From NCBI GenBank assembly GCA_947496145.1, contig CANMBS010000027.1:1-24000 (forward strand): a stretch of DNA of 24,000 nt, written 5' to 3'. The notes under the pieces were generated by a model. The model was not told the DNA's origin, ran no database searches, and saw nothing but the letters and a program-made list of their open reading frames with translations. Position numbers and translations under genes: made by a program. Positions 7,960 to 16,513 of this stretch are shown piece by piece; position 1 is the stretch's first letter; each line of letters starts with the position of its first letter. The stretch is from an uncultured Pseudovibrio sp. GTDB lineage: Bacteria; Pseudomonadota; Alphaproteobacteria; Rhizobiales; Stappiaceae.

Positions 7960-8673
7960 TTATCTGGCCTGATCCAGCATACGCTTGCATTCCAGCAGTT
8001 CAAACAGCGTAGACTGTAGCCGATGAACATCATCCTGAGAAAGACCTGCTGCTCTCGAAGCCCCTTCCTTCTCAGAGCCCATCAAACGCTCCATAAAGCC
8101 CAAGGCTCCATGGCCGCCTTTTCCATGAGCCTCCGGGGCATCATCAGGCAGCAATCCGGCTGGCAATGGTGTCTGAGGCTCAGGTTCATTGTCCAAAGGC
8201 AGACTGGTTTGCTGCTCAAAGCCAGTTTGCTCCTCAGCAACCCATTCTTCCTGCGTCTCCCACATATGCTGAGCTACAGCAGATTCCACCGGAGTGGTTT
8301 CAGCTGCACGCTGCAACGGTTCGCCCGCAACAATGGAAGGATCAGGAGCAACACCTATAGGCGCTAAAGAACCAGAAGACGTCGGAATAACAGCTCCGCC
8401 ACCTTCTTTCCAAATGTCCATAACAACGCGCACACCCTGCTCTCGCAAAATGCGTTGCACGCCTTTAATGGTATAACCTTCCCCATAAAGCAAATGGCGA
8501 ATACCGCGCAAAAGCTCAAGGTCGTCAGGTCTGTAGTATCGCCGACCACCGCCTCGTTTCAAAGGCCTGATCTGAGTGAACCGTGTTTCCCAGAACCGCA
8601 GAACATGCTGCGGCAGGTCCAGTTCACTGGCGACTTCACTGATTGTTCGGAACGCGTCGGCGCTCTTCTCCAC
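7960..8673 (-). CDS. MerR-family transcriptional regulator with long acidic/Pro-rich C-terminal region
   Basis: The N-terminal MerR HTH is [66 protein letters not shown]. The gene sits immediately downstream of ihfA, a placement I recall as conserved in Alphaproteobacteria. Confidence 0.85.
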   Translation of the reverse strand: MEKSADAFRTISEVASELDLPQHVLRFWETRFTQIRPLKRGGGRRYYRPDDLELLRGIRHLLYGEGYTIKGVQRILREQGVRVVMDIWKEGGGAVIPTSSGSLAPIGVAPDPSIVAGEPLQRAAETTPVESAVAQHMWETQEEWVAEEQTGFEQQTSLPLDNEPEPQTPLPAGLLPDDAPEAHGKGGHGALGFMERLMGSEKEGASRAAGLSQDDVHRLQSTLFELLECKRMLDQAR

Positions 8674-8712
8674 GATGCAGACCCTCTAGATACTCTTATT
8701 TGGGGCAGCAGA

Positions 8713-9024
8713 TCAGCTTGCGCCCTCAACCAGTGCATCATTAATGCGCTGCTTAAGAACATTGCTTGGCTTGAAAACCATGACCCGGCGTGGAGAGATT
8801 GGAACTTCCTCACCTGTTTTCGGGTTACGGCCAATGCGCTCGCCCTTGGAGCGAACAACAAATGAGCCAAAGCTGGACAGTTTGACAGACTCGCCATTTT
8901 CCAGACTTGCAGAAATCTCTGCAAGAACCTGTTCAACGAGTTCGGCAGATTCAGTCCGAGATAAGCCAACCTTCTGGTAAACCGCTTCACATAAGTCTGC
9001 GCGGGTTACAGTGTGACTACCCAT
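8713..9024 (-). CDS. ihfA: Integration host factor subunit alpha
   Basis: The IHF/HU fold sequence is [31 protein letters not shown]...[36 protein letters not shown]. The start is trimmed to the ATG at 9024 because the strong RBS GGAGGAGGGTGG sits directly upstream, inside the longer track ORF. Confidence 0.9.
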   Translation of the reverse strand: MGSHTVTRADLCEAVYQKVGLSRTESAELVEQVLAEISASLENGESVKLSSFGSFVVRSKGERIGRNPKTGEEVPISPRRVMVFKPSNVLKQRINDALVEGAS

Positions 9025-9160
9025 TCCACCCTCCTCCGGTAAAGCCATGATCCGTAAGAATAAAGCTTGCTTTCAACACGTTACGGTATGGCTATCCGGC
9101 GTCAGGGTCAACAGCTCTTTTGCTAAGAAATGCAACCCTTTGGGGTTTTATTCCACTTTT

Positions 9161-10138
9161 TTACCACTTCAGAAGCACAGAACCCCACGTAAAGCCGCCG
9201 CCCATCGCCTCAAGCATGATCAGATCACCCTTTTTCACCCGGCCAGATTTAACAAGCCTGTCCAGTGCAAGGGGAATCGAAGCAGCAGATGTGTTCCCGT
9301 GATCAGCAACTGTCTTCACTACTTTTTCTGGAGCGATTCCAAGTTTCTTGGCTGAAGCGTCAATAATACGCTGGTTCGCCTGATGCGGAACAAACCAGTC
9401 CAGATCATCAGCCGTTGTTCCGGTAGCCTCAAAAGAAGCTTCAATTACGTCAGTCACCATGCCGACAGCATGTTTAAAGACTTCACGTCCCTGCATGCGC
9501 AGATGACCTGTGCTCTGGGTTGAAGACGGCCCGCCATCCACATAAAGCTTTTCTTTATGACGGCCATCTGAACGCAGCTGGCAGGTCAGAACACCGCTCC
9601 CCTCGGAGGCAGCATCACCTTCCTGCGCTTCCATGACAACAGCGCCAGCGCCATCCCCGAACAAAACGCAGGTAGTACGGTCTTCCCAGTCGAGGATGCG
9701 GGAGAACGTCTCAGCACCAATAACAAGCGCCCGCTTCGCCAGACCGCCACGCAGATAAGCATCAGCAGTCGTCACTGCATAAACAAAACCTGAGCATACG
9801 GCTTGCACATCAAAGGCAAAACCATGATGCATTCCAAGCGCGGCCTGAACATCAACAGCCGTTGCCGGGAATGTATTATCGGGCGTAGACGTCGCCAGAA
9901 CGATCAGGTCAATATCTTTTACATCAACACCTGCATGCTCCAGCGCCGCTTTTGCAGCATTGATTGCAAGGTGAGAGGTAAACTCCCCTTCAGCAGCAAT
10001 GTGACGTTGCTTAATTCCGGTACGCTGGACAATCCACTCATCAGAGGTATCAACAAGCTCACTCAGCTGCTGGTTCGTAACCGCCTTTGCTGGCAGATAG
10101 CTGCCGCAGCCTAAAATTACAGAGCGAAGTGCCTTCAC
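9161..10138 (-). CDS. fabH: 3-oxoacyl-ACP synthase III
   Basis: Supporting motifs are [26 protein letters not shown], the active-site Cys in [10 protein letters not shown], and the later HQAN and GNTSAAS motifs. The start is reassigned to GTG at 10138 (RBS GAAGGG, 6-nt spacer), 10 nt after the plsX stop, giving 325 aa. Confidence 0.9.
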   Translation of the reverse strand: MKALRSVILGCGSYLPAKAVTNQQLSELVDTSDEWIVQRTGIKQRHIAAEGEFTSHLAINAAKAALEHAGVDVKDIDLIVLATSTPDNTFPATAVDVQAALGMHHGFAFDVQAVCSGFVYAVTTADAYLRGGLAKRALVIGAETFSRILDWEDRTTCVLFGDGAGAVVMEAQEGDAASEGSGVLTCQLRSDGRHKEKLYVDGGPSSTQSTGHLRMQGREVFKHAVGMVTDVIEASFEATGTTADDLDWFVPHQANQRIIDASAKKLGIAPEKVVKTVADHGNTSAASIPLALDRLVKSGRVKKGDLIMLEAMGGGFTWGSVLLKW

Positions 10139-10148
10139 TTTAAACCCT

Positions 10149-11198
10149 TCAATTCTTCTCGGACTCTGAGAAACGACCACGATGATAGTTCGCCAGATCC
10201 TCGGAGATTTTCTTAATCAGTTCGTTCTTGGCCATGTCATAGGCCAGTTCAACAGCGGCGGCAAAGCCTTCTGCATCGGTTCCGCCATGGCTCTTGATCA
10301 CAATGCCATTCAATCCAAGGAACACGCCACCATTCACTTTACGCGGGTCCATTTTAGCCCGCAGGCGATTAAAGGCGCCTCGTGCAAAAAGGTAACCAAT
10401 CTTTGCCATAAGCGTACGGCTCATAGCAGCTCGAAGATAGCCGGCAAACTGCTTTGCAGTTCCTTCAGCGGTTTTAAGCGCAATATTGCCTGCAAAGCCT
10501 TCTGTCACGACCACATCAACGGTACCCTTGCCGATGTCATCGCCTTCAACAAAACCGGAATAAACAAGATTTGGCGGTGAGAGTTCGCGCAGCATTTTGC
10601 CTGCTGTACGCACTTCCTCAACCCCCTTGACCTCCTCAACACCGATATTGAGCAGGCCAACAGTCGGTTGTTTAACACCATGAACAGAGCGTGCCATTGC
10701 ACCGCCCAGAATGGCAAAGTCGATCAGTTGTTGCGCATCAGCGCCAATGGTAGCCCCCACATCCAGCACAATGGATTCGCCGCGCAGCGTTGGCCAGATG
10801 GCGGCAATCGCCGGGCGCTCTATGCCAGACATGGTACGCAGGCAGAACTTGGACATTGCCATCAGCGCACCGGTATTACCGGCAGAAACAGCAACATCCG
10901 CCTCTGCATTTTTTACAGCCGCAATGGAGTTCCACATGGAGGACTTCCCGCGCCCCTTACGAAGGGCCTGGCTGGGCTTTTCATCCATCCCGATGGAAAC
11001 ATCTGCATGATGAACCACAGACGCCTGCTTCAGACGAGGGTATTCCTCGAGCATTGGTTCGATGATCTTTGCATCACCGAAAAGCAGAAATTCGATGTTC
11101 GGGCAGCGTTCCAGCACTTTGTCAGCGCCAGGAATCACGACCTCAGCACCGTAATCTCCCCCCATCGCGTCAAGAGAAATACGTATTTTTTCAGACAT
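10149..11198 (-). CDS. plsX: Phosphate acyltransferase PlsX
   Basis: [17 protein letters not shown] is a typical PlsX N-terminus, and the gene is followed directly by fabH. The start is set at ATG 11198 rather than the TTG at 11204. Confidence 0.9.
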   Translation of the reverse strand: MSEKIRISLDAMGGDYGAEVVIPGADKVLERCPNIEFLLFGDAKIIEPMLEEYPRLKQASVVHHADVSIGMDEKPSQALRKGRGKSSMWNSIAAVKNAEADVAVSAGNTGALMAMSKFCLRTMSGIERPAIAAIWPTLRGESIVLDVGATIGADAQQLIDFAILGGAMARSVHGVKQPTVGLLNIGVEEVKGVEEVRTAGKMLRELSPPNLVYSGFVEGDDIGKGTVDVVVTEGFAGNIALKTAEGTAKQFAGYLRAAMSRTLMAKIGYLFARGAFNRLRAKMDPRKVNGGVFLGLNGIVIKSHGGTDAEGFAAAVELAYDMAKNELIKKISEDLANYHRGRFSESEKN

Positions 11199-11362
11199 TA
11201 CCAATATCTTGCCTTGTCTACAGAGTCCGCTCTTGTATCGGCAGCCCCTGCAATAGTTAAGAGCATTTTCCCTAAGTTATGTGGAAACACGCGAGGCGAA
11301 GATACTCATTTATGACTATCCCGCAACACCCATCTCCTAAATCCTATACAGCAAACCCTGAT

Positions 11363-11935
11363 CTATTTTTTCTTTTTCAAGGCTTCAAGTGCAGCAAAGG
11401 GGGAAGGCTTCTGCTCTTCATCCTGTTTTGCGTCTTCTTCCGGGTCTGGAGCGTATTTCTCATCCATTTCAACACCATTAGCGCGTGGAAACGGGTCCAG
11501 TCCCAAAGCAAAATGTTCACAAACAACCGCACCAAGATCCACCTGAGGTCCTTCAAATAAGTCTGGCGGATCACTTTCGTCGATATCCAAGTCTATTTCT
11601 ATTGTGTCATCATTCTGTCGACGACGCCCTTTAGAATCCATATCTGGCAAAAATGTGCGGTCAAACTCTTCATCCACGAGACATTCAACAGGCTCAAGCG
11701 TGACAACGCATGGCTGGAGCGCTCTGGCACGAATATGACCACGCACTGCAAGTCCATCCCGGCGCCAGGGACGCACTTCAAGATCAACATCCAGCTCTGG
11801 CAGCTCAGTCAGGTCATATGACTTTGCAATCTGCGCACGCTCTTCTTCATTTAAAGAAAGCTTCACATGCCTGGTCTTATTACCAAGGCGCGTCGCATCG
11901 AACATATAAGACCATGGGTAGTCTTTATCAGCCAT
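11363..11935 (-). CDS. yceD: YceD/DUF177-family protein
   Basis: The 190-aa protein has an acidic C-terminus and central CVVTLEPV...EEFD motifs typical of DUF177. It occupies the conserved position upstream of plsX. Its start overlaps the upstream gene stop (ATGGCTGA). Confidence 0.8.
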   Translation of the reverse strand: MADKDYPWSYMFDATRLGNKTRHVKLSLNEEERAQIAKSYDLTELPELDVDLEVRPWRRDGLAVRGHIRARALQPCVVTLEPVECLVDEEFDRTFLPDMDSKGRRRQNDDTIEIDLDIDESDPPDLFEGPQVDLGAVVCEHFALGLDPFPRANGVEMDEKYAPDPEEDAKQDEEQKPSPFAALEALKKKK

Positions 11936-12488
11936 CGCTGGCGTTTTCCCTTATTAATTCTGTTTTTGGTGCCACAAACTGAACATCGCCCGCAAGAATT
12001 TCACTTGTCGGCATGGCAGCAAGGCCATCCACCACGTCATGCATGTAATGAACCAGCGCCTTTATCGCAACTACTTCCCCGTCATTGCCGTAAATGTTTC
12101 GCATAAAAGCATCGCCAAGGGCGAGATCATCCCGGTTTTCCAGAGCCTGCATATAGCTGGTGGTGCGCCCGTAAAACGATTCGACCATAACGCGCACTCT
12201 CTTGCGCACCCCTTCATCGCCGATACCCAGCTCGCGCATGCTCTGATCCATATCCTGAAAAAAATAGTCGAATACAGCCTGTGCAAACTTACGCGATGCC
12301 TTATCTTCGCCGCTTAAACGTTGAAAGACACAAAAAGCGTGCAAAACAATCATCTCGAAGCGACCTTCGCTGGTATCGGGTATACCATAGTGCTCATAAA
12401 ACACTGGAAGTCGTGCCTGCGCGACGATCCGCTCGTAAGTTGTTCTGACGGATGTGTCTTTATGTCGACGGAAAAAACCGAAGATCAT
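11928..12488 (-). CDS. Ubiquinol-cytochrome c chaperone (Cbp3-like) domain protein
   Basis: The call rests on YERIVAQARLPVFYEHYGIPDTSEGRFEMIVLHAFCVFQRL...FQDMDQSMRELGIGD. The start is trimmed to ATG 12488 with RBS GAGAGGTG. It overlaps the yceD start by 8 nt, suggesting translational coupling. Confidence 0.8.
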   Translation of the reverse strand: MIFGFFRRHKDTSVRTTYERIVAQARLPVFYEHYGIPDTSEGRFEMIVLHAFCVFQRLSGEDKASRKFAQAVFDYFFQDMDQSMRELGIGDEGVRKRVRVMVESFYGRTTSYMQALENRDDLALGDAFMRNIYGNDGEVVAIKALVHYMHDVVDGLAAMPTSEILAGDVQFVAPKTELIRENASDG

Positions 12489-12607
12489 GGCACCTCTCTT
12501 GCGCTTGTCGAGTTTCTTGTGTCCCTGCCAGAAGAGTGGCACCAACACAAGTTTTAAATCTTAACTGCTTGCTTGCTGTATTTTACCGGCATTTGCAAGC
12601 CAACAGG

Positions 12608-13054
12608 ATGTTTGGAATGTTTGCATTTGCGCGCCGTAGTGTGTTCCTCGTTTTCTTGAGCCTGCCGCTTGCCGGCTGTTTCACCCAGACGCTAACGCAT
12701 GGCCAGGTGGTTTCACCTGATGCAATCCAGGATGTTCAGGTCGGCTCCAGCCGCGAGCAGGTGGAACTTGTCCTTGGTAGTCCATCCACCACATCAAAGC
12801 TGGACGGAGAAGCCTACTATTATATCTCTCAAAAGAGCGAAACAGTGGCATTCTGGACCCCGTCCATCGTGGACCAGCGCGTTGTCGCTGTTTACTTCGA
12901 CAAGGATGGCTATGTGAAATCCGTTGCCGACTATGGCATTGAAGACGGTAAGGTCTTCGATTATCTCGGCAGAAAAACACGTACCGGCGGTGCAGATTAT
13001 GGCCTGCTGACACAAATTCTGCGTGGTGCAGCGACACCATCAATCGGCCTCTGA
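12608..13054 (+). CDS. bamE: Outer-membrane protein assembly factor BamE (OmlA/SmpA lipoprotein)
   Basis: The start is trimmed to ATG 12608 (12617 is also possible). The lipoprotein signal is MFGMFAFARRSVFLVFLSLPLAGC with lipobox LAGC. The SmpA/OmlA-like core is GSSREQVELVLGSPSTTS...YYYI. Confidence 0.8.
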   Translation: MFGMFAFARRSVFLVFLSLPLAGCFTQTLTHGQVVSPDAIQDVQVGSSREQVELVLGSPSTTSKLDGEAYYYISQKSETVAFWTPSIVDQRVVAVYFDKDGYVKSVADYGIEDGKVFDYLGRKTRTGGADYGLLTQILRGAATPSIGL

Positions 13055-13078
13055 GCTGCCAGCATTCAATTAAAAGAA

Positions 13079-13108
13079 ACAGCGCCTCTCTCAGGCGCTG
13101 TTTTTTTG
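13079..13108 (+). terminator. Rho-independent terminator of bamE
   Basis: ACAGCGCCT-CTCTC-AGGCGCTGT forms a perfect 9-bp stem followed by TTTTTTTG. Confidence 0.85.
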
Positions 13109-13295
13109 TGCCCAATCATCATCAAAAAAGTTAGAGACCAACAATTCTCACCAAATTCTAAGCTTCAATCTTAAAATAACGCCGATGTTATTGGAGGTTT
13201 GCTACTCGTGATCCTGTATTGAGGGGTAATACGCATTCTGGTTGTTTTCATCCGTGGTTTCCTCAAGATCTCAACGACAAACGCGAAGTAATATC

Positions 13296-14204
13296 ATGAC
13301 GCAAACACCTTCACTTCTCAAAAGAATTACAGATACGCGCCCCTCAGAAAACACTCTCTTTGTCTACCTCACTCTTGTCACAGCGACCTACCTGATCTGG
13401 CTGGGCCTGCTCAAATTCACAGCACCCGAACATCAGCAGATTGAGTACTGGCTGGGAGGAAGTCCGCTGTTCAGCGGTCTTGTCCACGCTCTCGGAGCCC
13501 CCTTTACGGGTCTCCTGATGGCCCTTTTTGAAGTCCCGGCAGGCATACTTGTCCTGCTTGGCCTGAAAAACCTCCGCCTCGGCATTATCGGCAGCCTTAT
13601 GGCTATGCTGATCTTCCTGCTAAACTTTCTCTACCTCTTCACCAATCCGGTCTGGATGGATGCTCTTGGCGGCTTCCCGATCATCGGCTCCGGGCAGAAT
13701 CTCCTCAAATACCTCTCAATGTTTGCTGTAGCGACCTATATTCTTGGTCATCACATGCACGTAGCTGGAAAAGATAAAACAGCAGGCTCCATCAAAAGAC
13801 TCGCAGTTCTAGCAAGCTTCGCTGGCATTGCCCTTGTAATGGGCTGGATTGGTGCCATGAAGTTCTATGAGTTTGAGGCACAAGGCATTGTTCGCCTGAT
13901 GCAATCCAACATCTTCTTCAGCTGGACCTATCAGATCTGGGATGTACAGGGTGCTTCCAACTTCATCGGCATCGTTGAATGGATCTTCCTGCTTCTGCTG
14001 CTTTGCCTGCCATTCAACCGGGTTCTCGGTGGTCTGGGTGTGCTCGGCATCGCAGCCACAGCGTTCGGCACCCTCACCTTTATGTTCTCCGTTCCCGGCT
14101 GGGACGCGGATTCTTTCTTCCCTCTCCTCAACCGCACAGGTGTCTTCGTTCTGAAGGATCAACTGCTCCTCGCAGCGGCCATCATCCTCTGGAAGAACTA
14201 CTAG
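13296..14204 (+). CDS. Integral membrane protein with two tandem DUF417 (YkgB/RclC-like) repeats
   Basis: The start is set at ATG 13296 (the track ORF begins at an upstream TTG). The first half has WLGLLKFTAPEHQQIEYW ... GGFPIIGSGQNLLKY. The second half has WIGAMKFYEFEAQGIVRL ... FFPLLNRTGVFVLKD. Both match the pattern I recall from E. coli YkgB/RclC (WIGLLKF.PYEA ... GFPYLSGAGRLVLKD). Confidence 0.8.
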   Translation: MTQTPSLLKRITDTRPSENTLFVYLTLVTATYLIWLGLLKFTAPEHQQIEYWLGGSPLFSGLVHALGAPFTGLLMALFEVPAGILVLLGLKNLRLGIIGSLMAMLIFLLNFLYLFTNPVWMDALGGFPIIGSGQNLLKYLSMFAVATYILGHHMHVAGKDKTAGSIKRLAVLASFAGIALVMGWIGAMKFYEFEAQGIVRLMQSNIFFSWTYQIWDVQGASNFIGIVEWIFLLLLLCLPFNRVLGGLGVLGIAATAFGTLTFMFSVPGWDADSFFPLLNRTGVFVLKDQLLLAAAIILWKNY

Positions 14205-14230
14205 GCCCTCCCTGATCCAAAACATAAGAA

Positions 14231-14261
14231 GCCGGTACCATGATCAGGTGCCGGCTTTTTG
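14231..14261 (+). terminator. Rho-independent terminator of the DUF417 gene
   Basis: GCCGGTACC-ATGATCA-GGTGCCGGC forms a 9-bp stem (one G-U) followed by TTTTTG. Confidence 0.75.
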
Positions 14262-14347
14262 CTCTGCAAAGATAGTCGACAGTTGTAATGACCACCTCCC
14301 CGCTTCCCAATAGGCTGTTTCCTGCAGCAATCGAAATGGAAGCAAAG

Positions 14348-14764
14348 ATGATTGAGACCTATCGCGGAATTGTTTATCCCCAGCAGGAAGACCATATGGG
14401 GCACATGAATGTGGCCTGGTACACGTCCAAGTTTGATGAGGCCACCTGGCACTTGATTGCCTGTCTGGGCATCACCCCGGCTTACATTCGGGAAAACAAC
14501 AAGGGCATGGCCGCACTGGAAATCACATACAAATATCTGGCTGAAGTCTCTGCTGGCGATCTGCTCGTCGTCCGCTCCCGGATCGAAGAGGTCCGCGACA
14601 AGACCATCCTCTTCAAGCACACCATGTTTGATGCCATCAGCGATACTCCCGTCGCAACAATGCAGGCCGTTGGAGTGCACATGGACCGGGAAATCAGAAA
14701 GTCCTGTCCTCTCCCTTTACATGTAAAGGAGAGATGCAATGCGCTTCAGACCGCACCAGCATAA
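14348..14764 (+). CDS. 4HBT/hotdog-fold acyl-CoA thioesterase
   Basis: YRGIVYPQQEDHMGHMNVAWYTSKFDEATW matches the YbgC/4HBT N-terminal catalytic Asp region (D..GH.N). The start is placed at ATG 14348 (RBS GGAAG, 5-nt spacer). The upstream ATGs at 14288 and 14336 lack an RBS, so the start remains uncertain. Confidence 0.7.
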   Translation: MIETYRGIVYPQQEDHMGHMNVAWYTSKFDEATWHLIACLGITPAYIRENNKGMAALEITYKYLAEVSAGDLLVVRSRIEEVRDKTILFKHTMFDAISDTPVATMQAVGVHMDREIRKSCPLPLHVKERCNALQTAPA

Positions 14765-14853
14765 AACGCATATGCATATTTTACTTAGTGAATTTCAGAA
14801 GGAAGCCCCTCCAGAGGCAAGGCTCTATACTGGGAGCGTGAGTGATTCACTTT

Positions 14854-14880
14854 TTGACATGTAGCACTCTTGCATAAATT
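14854..14880 (+). promoter_or_regulatory. Candidate sigma70-type promoter for the porin gene
   Basis: A perfect -35 TTGACA (14854-14859) is followed 15 nt later by TAAATT (14875-14880). The spacing is short and the -10 is imperfect. It would give a ~150-nt leader. Confidence 0.3.
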
Positions 14881-15032
14881 TTCGCAAAGATGGCAACGCT
14901 GAAAACTGACCGATATTCACTCATGTAGCCCCGGCTCGCATCCTTCGCAAATCTGGAAGTGAGCATCGAAGGCTAAGGGAAGATATGGTGCGGTAAACCC
15001 GTTTGGAAGAGCCTGTTTGGGAGAACCTGGCT

Positions 15033-16313
15033 TTGCGAGCGTTACACAAGCCTGCCCGGTGCAAGAGCAGGCGATTCAGAACTGTGCTTTTGCTATCTGC
15101 TGTTTGTCTGGGGCTTACAGCAAACACGCAAGGCCGCGCTCAGTCCACAAACACAGCTCCCGTGTTAAGCCAGTGGCGAGACGATATCCGCAACTGGGGC
15201 GGCTTCCGTGAAGACCTTTCTGATAAGGGTATTGATCTTGGCGTTCTCTATACGCAAGACATTGCAGCCAATCCGGTGGGTGGCTTAAACCAGAGCGCCG
15301 CCTATGCAGCCCGTCTGGAAGGCATGGTCACACTGGATTTTGAAAAGATCATCGGCCTGAAGGGCAGCAGCTTCAGGTTCATCACCTATCAGGGACTGGG
15401 TCGCAGCCTCTCAGAAGATGATATTGGCAACGACTTCGGCGTCAGCCAGATCTTCTCAAGCAAAATCCTTGCGCTTGCCCATCTCAGTCTGGAACAGGAA
15501 CTGCTGGATGATCAGCTCTACCTTTCCGCCGGACGCCTCGCCGTGGGTGACATCTTCGCGGAGGATGAAACCTTCAACTATTATCTGAACGGTGCGCTCA
15601 ACAGCACCCCGGGGCAACTGCTCATCAACCAGCCAGCCTTCACCACTTACCCTGCAAACACATGGGGAATTGCGGGAACCTACACCTTCCCTCAAAGTCA
15701 GAGCATCTCTCTGGGCGTCTACGACGCAAACATTGATGACCTGAACAATGCAGACCATGGCTACAACTTCCGCTTTGCCCCGGAAGGCAGTGTTCTGGTT
15801 GTCGGGCAACTGGGCTACGATCCCGGAACTGAAAAAGACAGTAAGCTCCTGCCCGGTCACTATCAGCTGGGCGGCTTTTACAATACCAGTACCGTTGATG
15901 TGCTTGGCAGCACAACACAGACCCGTGAGGGCAACTGGGGTATTTATGCTATCGCACGGCAAATGGTCTATCAGGAAAAGGAGGATCAGGGTCTCAGTAT
16001 CTGGGGCCTGTTCACCCTATCCCCGGAGCAGGCTATCAACACACAGCCCTACGGCATCAGTGGCGGACTTTTCTATCAGGGCCTCCTTCCAGAGCGAGAC
16101 AATGACATCACTGGCGGGGCTTTCATTTTAGGCTATTACAGCGACAACCTGCCGGGCCAGACCTACGAACTCGTTTTCGAAGCAGCCCATCGCTTTCAGT
16201 TCAACGACTGGTCTTATTTCACTGCCGATTTTCAATACGTCGCCAACCCTTCCGGGCGAACAGATATCTTTGATGCATGGGTCTTCGGCACAGAGTTTGC
16301 TGTTCAGTTCTGA
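15033..16313 (+). CDS. OprB-family carbohydrate-selective porin
   Basis: The C-terminus is OprB-like, with ...FEAAHRFQFNDWSYFTADFQYVANPSG...FGTEFAVQF ending in a terminal Phe. The frame opens after TAA at 14994 and has no ATG before the signal peptide. Candidate starts are TTG 15003 and TTG 15033 (RBS GGGAGAA). The signal-like segment is RRFRTVLLLSAVCLGLTANTQGRA/QS. Confidence 0.75.
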   Translation: MRALHKPARCKSRRFRTVLLLSAVCLGLTANTQGRAQSTNTAPVLSQWRDDIRNWGGFREDLSDKGIDLGVLYTQDIAANPVGGLNQSAAYAARLEGMVTLDFEKIIGLKGSSFRFITYQGLGRSLSEDDIGNDFGVSQIFSSKILALAHLSLEQELLDDQLYLSAGRLAVGDIFAEDETFNYYLNGALNSTPGQLLINQPAFTTYPANTWGIAGTYTFPQSQSISLGVYDANIDDLNNADHGYNFRFAPEGSVLVVGQLGYDPGTEKDSKLLPGHYQLGGFYNTSTVDVLGSTTQTREGNWGIYAIARQMVYQEKEDQGLSIWGLFTLSPEQAINTQPYGISGGLFYQGLLPERDNDITGGAFILGYYSDNLPGQTYELVFEAAHRFQFNDWSYFTADFQYVANPSGRTDIFDAWVFGTEFAVQF

Positions 16314-16458
16314 TCTCATTCAAAACACACCGCCTATCCTGCCACACAGCGGTGAACATGTTAACGCCGCACCGTTGCCACTCATGAAACAAACACCCGG
16401 TATCTTACAGAGATTTCTGCAGGTGAGCTGCTCTACGCGAAGCCTGCTTTTAAAACAG

Positions 16459-16489
16459 CAAAAAGCCCGGCCATATTTCAGACCGGGCT
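16459..16489 (-). terminator. Rho-independent terminator of hppA (shared convergent terminator region with the porin gene)
   Basis: Minus strand AGCCCGG-N12-CCGGGCT forms a 7-bp stem followed by TTTTTG. It lies 25 nt after the hppA stop. Confidence 0.7.
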
Positions 16490-16513
16490 TCTTATTCTCA
16501 AATCAGATCAAAC

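Noticed and set aside
9100-9160. Hairpin AACCC-N4-GGGTT between fabH and ihfA, considered as a terminator.
   Set aside because: The stem is only 5 bp. On the coding (minus) strand it is followed by GCATTTCTT rather than a U-tract. The better T-tract is on the + strand, where no gene needs terminating. At most it is a weak attenuator.
14971-15060. Cobalamin-riboswitch-like fragments upstream of the porin gene (AAGGGAA ... GGTGCGGTAAACCC).
   Set aside because: There is no B12 box, no GCCACTG element and no following conserved GC-rich junction. OprB porins are also not known B12-regulated targets. I treat this as a chance resemblance.
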